Shown piece after piece: positions 51,770 to 64,000 of a stretch of DNA of 64,000 nucleotides; within the stretch, counting starts at the first letter, position 1, and each line of letters begins with the position of its first letter. The stretch is from Octopus vulgaris (lineage: Eukaryota): assembly GCA_951406725.2 (NCBI GenBank), contig OX597829.1, forward strand, positions 30,442,001 to 30,506,000. The letters run 5' to 3'. Under the pieces are notes generated by a model. It made no database searches. It worked only from the letters and a program-made list of their open reading frames with translations, and was not told where the DNA came from. The translations under genes were made by a program, and so were the position numbers.

Positions 51770-52580
51770 CATCATCATCATTTAACATCCGTTTTCCACA
51801 TTGGCATGGGTTGGATGGTTTGACTGAAAACTGGTAGGTTGAGGAGCTGCACCAGGTTTCAGTCTGATTTAGCATAGTTTCTATGGCTGGATGCCCTTCC
51901 TAATGCCAATCACTCCAAGAATGTAATCGGTGCTTTTATATGCCACTGGCATGGATGCCAGTTGTGTGACACCAGTATCTGCCATGACTATGATTTCACT
52001 TGGCTTGCTGGATCTTCTTCTCAAGCATGGCATATTGCCAAAGATCTCAGTTATTTGTCATTGCCTCCAAGAGGCCCAATGCTTGAAAGGTGCTTTTTAT
52101 GTGCCACCAGGACAGATGCTAATTATGCAACACCAGCATCTGCCACAACTGCAATTTCACTTGGCATAACAGGTCTTCTTAAGCACAGCATATCACCAAA
52201 GGTCTCAATCACTAGTCATTGCCTATGTGAGGCCCAACGTTTAAAGATAATACTTCACTACCTTGTCCCTCTTCCAGAGATTCCCTCACAGAGATCAGCA
52301 CTTCTTCACCACAGCTGTCCTCGTCCATACACATTGTATGACCATACCTGTGGAGTCGTCTCTCTTGCACATCAAACCTGATGTCTCTTATGCTTAATTT
52401 TTTTCTCAAAATGCTTACACTCTGTCGTACATGCACACTGACATTGCACATCCAGTGAAGCATGCTAGATTCATTTCTTTCAAGCTTACACATGTCCTCA
52501 GCACTCACTGCCCATGTTTCACTGCTGTGTAGCATAGCTGATCACACACAGGCATCATACAGTCTGCCTTTCACTCTGAC
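51770..52580 (-). mobile_element. 5'-truncated RTE 3' end
   Basis: ORF 52212-52535 'MLHSSETWAVSAEDMCKLERNE...RLHRYGH' plus UTR and tail. Confidence 0.88.
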
Positions 52581-53228
52581 ATAAATTTTATCTGTCTATC
52601 TATCTATACACATATGCACACATGCAAATTGCTGGTAATATTATATCTGATGATACAGGATAAAAAATGCATACATTTAGTGCTCATGCTGCCTAAGCTC
52701 TAATTTGAACTGCAACTTAAAATGTGGGTATGTTATAGCTGCCTATTGAAAATTGGCTGTGGACAGTGTTTCAGTTGAGTTGGTACATGTATAACAGAAT
52801 AAAGGTACAGACAGGCAAACGACTGGTATCTGGTCTGATTATGACATTTGTATATTTAAACATTGACACATGTAGGTAGAACTGAATGTTACAGAAGTTT
52901 AAATCACAAGAGATTGAAAATATTTTAGCTGAAGAATGTTCATTATGGCTGTGATACATGCTGCTATAGTATTGCAATAGTTATAAGTCTGTATTATAGA
53001 TATTAGATTGTAGGTAAAATCTAAAGCTGACGGAGAAGGAAGAATGTGTGAAGATTGCCTGTTCTTTTAGTTTGGGAGTTTACCTATGAAGATCTGCCTT
53101 AACCTACTATATAATATCAATAATAAAGACTTATCTTGTAACTATTGCAGGAGTATAGCAATGTATACCACAACCATTGCTGAATTGATCTTTTTATTGA
53201 TCTCTTCTGATTTACACTCCTTAAGTAA

Positions 53229-53555
53229 AGGCACATGACTCAGAAATTAGAACATTGGGATCATGATCATGAGGTAGTGAGCTTAATTTGCAGAATGGGC
53301 TGTGTGTTGTGTCCTTGAGCAAGACTTTATTTCCTATTGTTCCAGTTCACTCATCTGTAGAAATGAATTGTGATGTCACTGGTGCCAAGTTGCATTGACC
53401 TTTGCTTTTCCCTCAGATAACATTGGCGGTGCGGAAAGGGGTGGCTGGTACGCATGAGGGACTGCTGGTTTTCCATAAACAACCTTGCCTGAACTTGTGT
53501 CTTGAAGGGAAACTTTCTAGGTGCAATCGCATGGTCATTCATGACCAAAGAGGGG
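53229..53555 (+). mobile_element. SINE family D copy
   Basis: Homologous to 42930-43220. Confidence 0.75.
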
Positions 53556-54313
53556 TTTCTTTATCCATTACCCACTCCTTAAGCATTCTTTTCTTCATTC
53601 AAATTCTATGAATATATAAATGTCATATTCTCACCAAATACCAGTCTTTTGCCTGTCTAGACCATTATTCCATCACACACACACACACTTATTTATTTAT
53701 TTTACATAGTTATTTGGGGCTCCTACACATCGTTATCATCATCATTTAACATCCATTTTCTATGCTAGTATGGGTTGGATGGTTTAACTGAAAACTGGTA
53801 AGCTGATTTGGCAAGATTTCTACAGCTGGATGCCCTTCCTAATGCCAACCATGCCAAGAGTGTAGTGGGTGCATTTTATGTGTCACCATCATGGGTGCCA
53901 GTTATAAAACACCTGCATCAGCTACAACTACGATCTCACTTGGCTTGACAAGTTTTCTCAAGCATGGTTTACTGCCAGAGTTCTCAGTTACTTGGCAAGT
54001 TCTATTCACCACAAAAATGGTTAACATAAGGCTGCAGTGGAAGAACTAAAAAAGAAAAATATTATTTTTTAATTGGTTGAATTGTTGTAAGATTCCTTCT
54101 TTTCCACAAATAGATACAAACTTTACAAGTTTGTGAGAAATGAGCAGGCAACACAATTTGAAGGCCTGTTGATGAATTGAGCTTATGATTCAAAGAGGTT
54201 GCCAGAGAAAAAGAGAGAGAGAGAGAGGAAGATGATTATATGGGGGTAGGCAAAAGCTTTCAACATTTGTCAAAATAAAGAAATTTAGAAGATTTGTTAA
54301 GTAATAAAGGATA

Positions 54314-54810
54314 TACCATAAATCTTCGAGTATAGACTGCCCTTGAGTATAATACGCAAGAGATTTTTAGGGGACTGTACTTCTGAAAACCTAAACCTTA
54401 TGTATAATACGCACTCCTTCTCTAACTTGAGTCAAGGAGGTCTATAAAACGTCCTTGGTTTTTAAACCTGATTACGGTAACGTCCTTTATTATTATTGTA
54501 TATATAACATAATGCAAACATGTAGCTTTTTTGTGCATTTTGTTTGCAGAAAATAAAGAAATAAGAGTAAATGTTGCTTATTGTAAGTTATGGATGATTC
54601 TTTTATGACTTCATTGCTTTCAGGCTTAGCTTAAGGTATTTTCGCACCTGACATCACAAAATCCGTCTGAATAAACATTGCAGGACAGCAAATAGAGACT
54701 CGGACATTGCGTAGAAAATATTTTTTATTTTTAACCTCATATACACACTAGGGATTTTGACCATTAAATTTTGGGGAAAAAATGCAGATTATACTCAAGG
54801 ATTTATAGTA
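54314..54810. mobile_element. Tc1/mariner-superfamily MITE
   Basis: TIR 'taccataaatcttcgagtata' / 'tatactcaaggatttatagta' with TA termini. Confidence 0.75.
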
Positions 54811-55852
54811 AATAATTTTACATACAGCAACTGTAAGTTTATGTTTATCTGTAATATTTGCTTGACATTGAATGTTTATAGTAGGAAACAGAGCATTGAG
54901 CTTTTATTGTGATATTCCACTTCAGTATTAAACAAGAATAAATGAAGATGCATTTAGAAAACATTGTCACAAGTCCTAGGACTCATTAAGCCAGAGCTTA
55001 ACCTGGTTTCAATGGTGTATAAGTGATTGAGATTATCTCACTCCTTCCTGGACAGGATGCCAGCTCATTGCAGGGTTAACTTCCCAGCTACTGCTGGAAC
55101 TCATTTACAGATGAGTGGACAACATTTCGGGTAGTGAATTAGCTGAATCATTAGACTTCTGGATAAAATACAACATTGTATATGTTCTGACCCTCTATGC
55201 TCTAAGTTCAAACCTCACCAATGTTAACTTTACCTTTCATCCTTTTTTTTGTTAGCAGAACTGTATAAATGTTGGGTGGGATGTCACAATAGGAGATTTA
55301 ACACCTCTACCTGGCACCTTTGGAATCCTTTAGCAAAGTCTGCATTGCAACAAGCATTCAGACCAGGTATCCATCCAGTTTGTGGATACTATTTTAATCT
55401 CTCCCAACCAGATATGGAGGCCCTGAAAAGAGTCCTGGCTTAAAGATATCATCATCATCATCATCATCATTCAATATCCACTTTTCCATGCTTGCATGGA
55501 TCAAATGAAATTTATTGAGGCAGAACTCACAACCTCACAATCGTAAGCTCAACACTCTAACCACTGAGCCATGCACCTTTACAAAGACAAGGATAAACAT
55601 GAGTTTATTAAGTATCAAAATTTAAAGAAGACGGAAAATGGAGAAATATGCTAAAATATTTATCATATTTGGTAATACCAATATGATAAATATTTTAGCA
55701 TATCAATGGCAATACCATACGACACTGGAAGCAGAAACAGCTGTTAGATGGGATGCAGTCTATTTGTATTGAATTAATAAATACTAGTTGATGTAAGTTA
55801 ATTGTTGTTCATCGATATTTCTCCGTTTTCTGTCTTCTTTTAATTATATATA

Positions 55853-56340
55853 TCATCATCATCATTATTGTCTTATGTCTGCTTTCCATGCTGGCATGGG
55901 TTGGACAGTTTAACTGAGGACTGGTGAGCCAGAGGCTGCACCAGGCTCAATCTGATCTGGCAAAGTTTCTACAGCTGGATGCCCTTCCTAACGCCAACCA
56001 CTCTGAGAGTGTAGTGGGTGCTTTTACGTGCCACTGGCACAAGGGCCAGTCAGGCAGTACTGGCAATGACCATGTTCAAAGGGTGTTTTTATCTGCTAAC
56101 TGTATGGGAGCCAGTCTGGCGGCACTGGCAATGACCACGCTTGAATGGTGCTTTTCACATGTCATCGGCACAGGAGCCAATCCGTGACCCTGGCAACAAT
56201 CACACTCAGATGTCCTTTTAACATTCCACTGTACATGAATGCCAATTAGGCGGTACTGTCATCGGCCATGTTAGCGATTTGATTTTTATTTCACTTTCCA
56301 CAATAGGTCTTTGCAAGCAAAGTTCATTGTCCAATGAATA
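55853..56340 (-). mobile_element. RTE 3' UTR module
   Basis: Same UTR repeats and (CAT)n tail as 27889-28595, inverted. Confidence 0.85.
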
Positions 56341-56421
56341 AGGGGTACTCGTGACCATGTGTGTACCGTTGGCGATTTTTTTTCCTCTGTCTTCCCTTCT
56401 CTAGATCTTTCCTTCTCCTAT

Positions 56422-56456
56422 GTTTCTGATGAAGAGCTCTGCTCGAAACGTTAAAC
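56422..56456 (+). ncRNA. Minimal type I hammerhead ribozyme (Penelope-type) within a terminal-repeat fragment at 56350-56549
   Basis: gttt-CTGATGA-a-gagc(tct)gctc-GAAAC-GTT-aaac. The core is intact, stems I and II pair, and palindromic AACGTT replaces stem III. Confidence 0.7.
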
Positions 56457-56547
56457 CCTCCTTCTTTCCTGAGCGTCCAATAATACTATATTTGTTCCAC
56501 GTCCTCGCGTTGTTGTGTTTTTTTGTGCTCTCTTGTTTGGATTAACT

Positions 56548-56910
56548 ATCATCATCATCGTTTAACGTCCGTTTTCCATGCTAGCATGGGTTGGACGGTT
56601 CAACTGGGGTCTGGGAAACCAGGAGGCTGCGCCAGGCCCACTCTGATCTGGCAGTGTTTCTACAGCTGGATGCCCTTCCTAATGCCAACCACTCCGAGAG
56701 TGTAGTGGGTGCTTTTTATGTGCCACCTGCACGGGGGCCAGACGAGGCTGGCAATGGCCACAATCGGATGGTGCTTTTTCATGCCACCGGCACGGAGGCC
56801 AGTTGGGGCGGTGCTGGCAATGGCCACGTTCGAACGGTTCTCTTACGTGCCACTGGCACTGGTATCTCAGCTACAATTTCCATTGATGTTGAAAGATTTC
56901 GATTTCGATA
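56548..56910 (-). mobile_element. RTE 3' UTR module
   Basis: Reverse complement of 25660-26208 with fewer repeat units. Confidence 0.85.
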
Positions 56911-57809
56911 TATATATATACATACATATACATCATGATGAGGTACATATTTGTGATTCGATCTAAGTCAGGTCTTCTACATTTGGTTGACTATTAGAAA
57001 ATGTTAAGTGTAACCACTTACATTTTGTAAAAGTCATATTACAAAATGTAAGTGGTGTGTATAGAATATATGCGTCCATACACATGTGTATATGGGTGTG
57101 TACATAAATATATATGTGTGTGTGTGTGTGTGTGTATTAGCATTGGTGTTTTTACATCTGTTTTCATCCCATACTTGCATGGGTTGGACCAGTTCTCTTT
57201 TACATGGCATTTCTTTATTTGTTGTATTCTTTTTCATCTCCTCTAAGAGATTCAACATCCTGATTAGCTTTCTCTATTTCTGTCCATGTCTTCTTTGGTC
57301 TTCCTTCCACTTGTTTTCCTTTCATATTTATCACATGACACCTCTTTACCCATATGTCATCATCCGTGTGTATTTCATGACCAGTACCAATGTACTTGGC
57401 AGCTCTGATACACACTGTGTCTGAATCTTATTCTTATCCTTATTACAGCAAGATTATTGCTTAGCTTCTTTGTACCACATCGACCATGAATAATAACATT
57501 ATACATCCAGCAGAGAGCAATGCTTGTTTCATTCCTCTTTAGCCTTTATGCATACCAACATATGAGAGAGAGAGTTTGTATGTGTGCATGTGAGTCATGT
57601 GCCAATTGGTAATTCCAGATCATATATATGACACATTTTATGTTTCATGCTTTGAGAGCTACTGAGACAAGCTTTAGCTTCAAACATACATTAAAAAATT
57701 CATTGAAATTAATTCAAAACAAGGTTTCCAGTTGCTATAAAATTCTATGCTGTAAACTAAACAAAAATAAAAAATAATAAAAGATAATACTAAGAAACAT
57801 TTTAAAACA

Positions 57810-59630
57810 GAACCAAAAATATAAAATAATGTTGGCATAGTTCTCTGCATTGATGGTGTGCTCCTTTTGAAGATAGCCAGTAAACACAATGCTTTTTGCA
57901 TCCCAATGAAATGAAGCCATCATCTGTACTGCAGATGACATGACCATGGCCTTCTTTGGGCAGGTGAGGAGGGGTGTTTCCACTGCATAGATTGTCTCTT
58001 ACTCTGGCTCAATGTGATGAACACAACACTCTTCTTGGGTTAGGAAACATTCAAGGAAACCTGTCGGATCTGCCTCAAGCAATGAAAGATTTTCCTGTGA
58101 TATGATCAACCAGGTGTGCTTTTGACCATGTGATAGAAGTCATGGCACTCACTGAATAGAAACATCATCAAGCCAAGTTCATTGTGCCTAATATTCTCAA
58201 CTCATGGCATATGCTAATAACATTGGCTATTTGATTTATAGTCAATTGCCTGACATCCATCAATTTGTGGTGAACACGACAAATGTTTTCCTTGGTGGCG
58301 GCAGTTGTATGATGTCCAGCTGCCCAATTTTGCACTGTTGATAAATCTGGAGTGTCATCCTCTAATGTAGCAACTATGTCAGCATGAATGTCCTTGGAGA
58401 CTAAACCTTTTTTCTGCATGTACTTGACAACACCACAATGCCAAATTTTGTCCATTTTTCAAGAGAAGTCCTCTACTAGTTACTTTTGAAGTTGTAGGAA
58501 TATGACCGTATGTGAGGAGGTTGGTGACATAGGTCTCCTTTGCAAGCTACACGGTCGCATCCCTAACGAAATAAGATAAGCCATAGTACAACTTATACAA
58601 CAGTGCCAACAGAATATAAATGAATGACGACAAGCCGTTCCACTGTTTGAGAGAAAATGAGATTTTATTTACAAGGTGTTAAGGTTAGATCGTTGTGAGT
58701 GCTAGCCTGTGTTGTGTATGTGTGCATGCACAAGTGTTTGTGTATGTGTGTTCGTGTGTGTTATAAGAGTGAACATCAAGAATAAATAGAAATGTCCAGA
58801 CACAAGATAGAGATAAATACCAGTTTGTAAGGTACACAATAGCAGTTCGTTCTGTGTCAATGAAGTTGGGGCAAAGAGGAGAGCAGTTACTACGCGTGTA
58901 GAAGTTGGGCTTCGATCCATTTGCCAGGTTACATCGGTACAGAAGATCTCGCCGGTAGAGTTGTGCTGTTAACCTTGGTGTGTCTACACGAACAGTGTGT
59001 AAGCTAAACTTGAGCGAGTTGCTGTGTACATATCATTGAGGTCGATGGTGGTGATGGCGATGATAGAGAATGGCGACAGTGGTGGAGACATCCTACATTG
59101 CTGGTGTATGTTGGCGTTGTCGCTGGCTGTAGCAGGAACATGGCTTGTGTGGTCATCACTCAAACTGGCTGCTCTGTGGTGGTGTGGTCAATGGCCGAAG
59201 ACCAAAGACCTGGAATGGTAAATTCTGAGGTATTTTAAAGCATTCTAGAGGCTCCAGAAGAACATCCAAAAGACTGCGTTATGTGACCTTATCCTAAGGC
59301 CGTGATTAGTTGGCTTTGGACAGTGGCGCAAAATAAAGTTGAGACAAACCGCGCCACATGTCAACCAATCAGATCAGTGGACACAACAAGAACAACCCAG
59401 CCAAGGATGGCTGTAATCTCAAACGAGATCATTCCTGCTGTGTCTCTCAAACAGTGAGGGTATCAGCTACCGCTACAAAGTCTTCTTTGAACAGTCAGAT
59501 GTCAGTTTACCAAGAAAGAAATAATGCAGTTATTAATAGGAAGAGTTTTAAATAAATACTTGTAAGATTTCGCAGCTCTAACATTACTCTTTCATAGTCA
59601 GCCTATGAACTTTTCAGCCCACCCATGTAT
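57810..59630 (-). mobile_element. Decayed mariner element interrupted by a solo LTR
   Basis: ORFs 58168-58455 (HTH region) and 57735-57983 ('MMASFHWDAKSIVFTGYLQKEHTINAENYA'). A terminal 'aacttttcagcccacccatgta' lies near 59630. Confidence 0.75.
58493..59477. mobile_element. Probable solo LTR (Gypsy-like)
   Basis: TGTAG...CTACA termini with a 4-bp TSD aagt at 58489-58492 and 59478-59481. The mariner sequence is continuous across the site. Confidence 0.8.
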
Positions 59631-59789
59631 TTATCTGTTTGAGGATGTTGGTGCACTTGATTGTCCCAAAGTAGAGGCTGGAGGAGAAATGTGGATTACA
59701 GAGTTGACATTAAAATCAAAGGAATTGTTTGATTCTCAGACATTTCCAGTTCAGACTGTTCAACTTTTAATGTTCAATAAGAACTTGTC

Positions 59790-60560
59790 AGGAGTACCTT
59801 GAATGGTTTTATTCTTTTTGTCATCCAAGTTAACCCTTTAAGGAGCATAAGTGTCTTGAACAGCCCTCATAATTCTAGCAAAGTACATAGCATTAGGATC
59901 CATCTGCTTGAAAAGAGATAGTGATTTATCCATATATGGAAAAACCTTGATGTATTTTGTTGACAGTGATGTGTCTTGATACTGGTTCTGTTCACTGCAT
60001 CTCTTCTTGCTGATGCTGTTCATGAAGTTCTATCAGCTCTTCATTTGCGAGTGGTTGCATATCAGCATTTACTAACACTAATGAACATTCACCTTGAACC
60101 ATAACATTGTTTTGAAATTCAAGCAGTGAGACAGTTTTCACAATCTTGAACTGGCCTTGAAATCTTGTCACATGGTCAGGCTATATCTTAAGGTATAATG
60201 AAAGTGCTTTCTCTTGAACTACCACCTACCATATGGAGATACGTTTATGAGTCAAGCCAAAGGGTAAAAAGTTGTTCCATTTCTTTGGTGATTTTTGCTT
60301 CTTTTCTTGGTGATTTTCAGTCTTGGAGCAGTATCTTGGCTATTAATTCAAATCTTTCCTTGTCAGGAATAGATCCTAGATACCATTGTTCAAGTTAAGC
60401 CATAAGCATGTACTAATACTACCACCTTTATATAATTTTCATAGCTTTTGATCATCATCAACTTATCCTTCAAAGAAATACCATGGACTTTGGCCCACCA
60501 GGATTAGATTTAGTTGTAAGAACTTTCTTGGTAGTATGACGAATGGAAAAAAAAAGTGAA
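59790..60560 (-). mobile_element. Decayed pogo/Tigger-like transposase remnant
   Basis: The minus strand gives 'MVSLKDKLMMIKSYE' (HTH start) and 'MDPNAMYFARIMRAVQDTY' (Tigger C-terminal-like). Confidence 0.45.
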
Positions 60561-60823
60561 AACCTTTTACACAATAAACACTCATTTAAATTTCCTGGTA
60601 CAAATTACAATGCTACCTCATGGTGGAATGCTGGAACTTTTAGTCCCAAAAGCCATGTAAATTAATGTAAACATTGTAACTATCTGGAGATGTACTTGCA
60701 TAGCAAGTGACCTGATCTGAGATCGTGTGCTGGAACGAAAACAACTGCAGCATCGAAGGTGTTTATAAGCCATTTAAGAAACACAGAAAAAACCGTTAGA
60801 TTCACTTCAACATTTATATTTAA

Positions 60824-60874
60824 TTTGTCAAAATATTTTCATCGCTTTGAGACTGCGACCTGTTCACTGACAAA
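60824..60874 (-). ncRNA. Hammerhead-ribozyme-like motif with G3-C8 core swap
   Basis: Minus strand: tttgtca-GTGAACA-g-gtcgc(agtctcaaa)gcgat-GAA-AATATT-T-tgacaaa. It has a 7-bp stem I, a 5-bp stem II and a palindromic stem III. Confidence 0.6.
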
Positions 60875-61660
60875 ATTCCATGCTGCATCTCTTGATTGTA
60901 ACTATCATTTATCTTTTATTTGTTTCAACCATTTGAAAAAAGTTTATTAGATTTTTATCTTTTTAAAGAGATTATTTGTACATATTTTCGCATGTATTTT
61001 ATTTGGTTTTCCACTTTAGCATTGGCTTTTAGGTGGTTTAAAAATTTTTTATGCTTTTAAATATGTTCGCTGAGATCAATGTTAGGTTAGATAATTAGAT
61101 TAATAAAGCTGAGGTTTATATTTTACATTAATTTCTTAAGAAAAAAAACTAACAATATAAAATCAAAAGAAAGACATTCCTTGAAACAATGTAAACTGAA
61201 GTATGCATGCATGTATGTATATATGTATGTGTGTGTGCATGTGTATGTGTGTGCACATGTGTGTGTGTATGTGTGTGCGCATGTGTGTGGTTGCACTGAA
61301 CACTCAACATTACCATAGAAGGTTGAGGACAATAATATGCACTTCAATTCTTAAAAATTCCAAGCCTTACACTATCAGCAAGCAAAACTAAATATAATGC
61401 AGACAAAACACACTGCAGCAGGATGGATTGTAGTCCCAGAATCACAATCAGTACATGACCAGGACATTGATATGAGTGCCGGGGGCACGTAAAAGAACTC
61501 ATTACACTCTCTCAGTGGTTGGCATTAGGAAGGGCATCCAGCCATAGAAAACCATGCCAAATCAGACTGGAGTTTGGTGCAGCCTTCCAGCATGCCAGCC
61601 TGGTCAAACTGTCCAACCTATACCAGCATGGACAACGGACATTAAATGATGATGATGATA

Positions 61661-62521
61661 TACAGGGTGCAATGGGTAAATTGTTGCCATTTTATATTAA
61701 TTTCACACATGCACATTGTTTGTTCTTAATTTTGTCAGCTACACAGTATAGTAGGGCCAATTGGACACTATCTGTGAGAAAAGCAGCACCATGATGCAAT
61801 TCACTCTGCCAGAAATTTGGAAACGATATGCTGTACTGCTTGGCATTCACATCAGAAGCTCCAATGCAAACATTGGGTGTCAATCTGAGGACATGTACTA
61901 AGAGTGGTAAAAATCAAACATCCAGTCAACATCATTATGTTTGGAGTGATCACTAGTGATGGTCATGTTATGCCTCCATTCATTTTCCCACATGGTCCCA
62001 GACTCAACATGGAGGCCAACATCAAGTGTCTGGAGGAGGTAGTGCTGCCCTGGATCAAGATGGGGCTGCTGGAAGCCCCGTGTCTGGCAAAAGAACTCTG
62101 CATCACACCACACAAGCAGGAGAATCCAGTCATGGCTGTCAGACAATTTCTGTGACCACATCACGCCTAACATCTGACCACCTAACTCCCCAGACTGCAA
62201 CCCCCTTGATTATTATGTGTAGGGTGCAGCTGAGCAAGAGACCAACAAAACTCCTTTAAAACCAAAGATGAATTGAAGGCAAGGATTATGGCAGTATTCA
62301 CCAACTTAAACAAGGAGACCATCAGACATCCAGAAAAATTGCAGGAGATTCTGAAGTTGTCTGGAGGGTGTGGTTGAAGCCAATGGCAATTTTATTGAAT
62401 AAATTTACTCTTTAGTATTTCAAGATATTTTTTTGTAATTTTGGTAAATATATCTGTTAAAATGAGTTATCTATATTATTTTCATTTTTGTGTAATTTAG
62501 ACGACAGTTTATTCCCCACAT
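61661..62521 (+). mobile_element. Tc1/mariner-superfamily (DD37D/maT-like) deletion derivative
   Basis: ORF 'KHPVNIIMFGVITSDGHVMPPFIFPHG...CLEEVVLPWIK' and a 'PPNSPDCNPLDY' motif near 62180-62215. The start 'tacagggtg' is TIR-like. Confidence 0.8.
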
Positions 62522-62639
62522 ATATATTGTATTTTTTGATTCTCCATCTAAAGAATTTCTAATAGAAAATTTATTACATGTTTATCCCACATGTAAAACT
62601 TTGTGATTGTTATTATCAAATGTATAATGGTGAATAAAT

Positions 62640-62778
62640 CATCATCATCATCGTTTAACGTCCGCTTTTCATGCTAGCATGGGTTGGACGATTTGACTGA
62701 GGTCTGGCACACCAGATGGCTGCACCAGACTCCAATCTGATCTGGCAGAGTTTCTACAGCTGGACGCCCTTCCTAACA
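62640..62778 (-). mobile_element. RTE 3' terminal module
   Basis: (CAT)n plus 'cgtttaacgtccgc...ctggacgcccttcctaac'. Confidence 0.8.
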
Positions 62779-63794
62779 TGTAACTCATATAACAATTGCA
62801 TTAACTTCATTCTGGATTGTAATTCTGGGATAAGCAGATATACTTCGGAAGGACACCTAGGATTTTACCCACCTACATAGTGTGTGTGTGTGCGTGTGTA
62901 TGCATACACAAATAAATACTGCCCCCCCCCCCACACACACGCAGATTTCACAGTTTGAGTCTTTTATTCTGAGTGCCTATGAAATGGTAATCCTCATCCA
63001 GGAATCTGTATATAACACTATGCAGAATGTAAGGATGTAGAGAAGAAGGCAAAGCCAACGAGGTCAACAATCTCTGGGACACAAATACCTTTTATTAATG
63101 AACAGAGCTTTTAATTTCTGAGCAGTTATTCTTAGCCTTTTGATTAGTTTTCCATTTCTATGAATCACCAAAGAATGTAGTTAAAGCAGGAATTAATTAA
63201 TCATTCTACTTCTCTCTTGTACAGACCTGGTACCAATGATTATGTCACGAAACTTTCATTCAATATTACATTTCACATTTTAGCTTTCACTGGGGGGGGG
63301 GGGAGGGAAAAAAAATCTTGGGCACTAGCTTTGCTGCCACATACATGTATATGAAACTATCAATTTGTTTCTGCTAACGAATAATTTTTTGTAATTCGTT
63401 CTGACCATCCAGGAAATGTTAAATATAACAATGGAGACACTAAAATTTATTTGAAGAAATAAAAGATAAGTTTTAAAATGTTTTTTTAAAAAAAATCTCG
63501 TAATCTATATGAAAATGATTTAATAATGTCTAATTATCTCCCTTGAATACTTCCCTGTATTTCTCTCATAATCCAATTTGATTTAAAATTAGCCAGACAT
63601 TTTTCACAAGGGGAATTCGTCTCCACTAAGCTATTTTATACGTCGGTACATCAAATGCCAATACAAAAAAAAAAAAAGAGAGAGAAAAGAAAAGGAAAAT
63701 AGAAAAATTTTATGACAATGTTTATAATGTAAACCAATAATTTCATCCCAATTTCAGTGTATCGAAGTTAAAACAAAAAATATTACACACTAAA

Positions 63795-64000
63795 TACACA
63801 CACACACACACACACACTCTCTCTCTCTCTCTCTCTCTCTCATACACACACAGGTATATGTGTGTATGTATGTTTGTATAAAGATTGATAGGTAGATAAA
63901 CAGACAGACACACAGACAGACAGACAGACAGACAGATAGATAGATAGATAGAGAGATAGATAAACAGACAAGAAGACAGATAGATAGATAGATAGATAAA
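63795..64000. repeat. Compound microsatellite (CA)n(CT)n...(GACA)n(GATA)n
   Basis: Directly visible. Similar compound tracts occur at 500-700, 27713-27770, 41130-41340, 41550-41670, 41950-42035 and 49305-49400. Confidence 0.95.

Overview
AT-rich, repeat-dominated animal genomic DNA. The SINE families, RTE 3' modules and dense (TA)n/(CA)n/(GA)n/(GATA)n microsatellites look like those I recall from octopus (cephalopod) genomes; this attribution is an inference. I found no intact host protein-coding gene. Recognisable coding remnants all belong to transposons: a Penelope-like element (RT plus GIY-YIG), RTE LINEs, several Tc1/mariner and pogo/Tigger elements, a piggyBac derivative, a hAT derivative and a probable solo LTR. 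There are also three tRNA-derived SINE families, several MITEs and an ~87-bp satellite. The most notable unexplained features are: (1) a ~9.6-kb array at 13.4-23.0 kb of shuffled, duplicated non-coding modules with conserved short GT-AG introns and hairpins, which could be an lncRNA or small-RNA cluster or a decayed multi-duplicated gene; (2) minimal Penelope-type hammerhead ribozymes, including one with a natural-looking G3-C8 core swap; (3) two small inverted-repeat elements enclosing telomeric repeats, one of them Merlin-like; (4) a satellite apparently derived from a SINE central domain. Coordinates were counted by hand and may be off by a few bases, more so for decayed elements.
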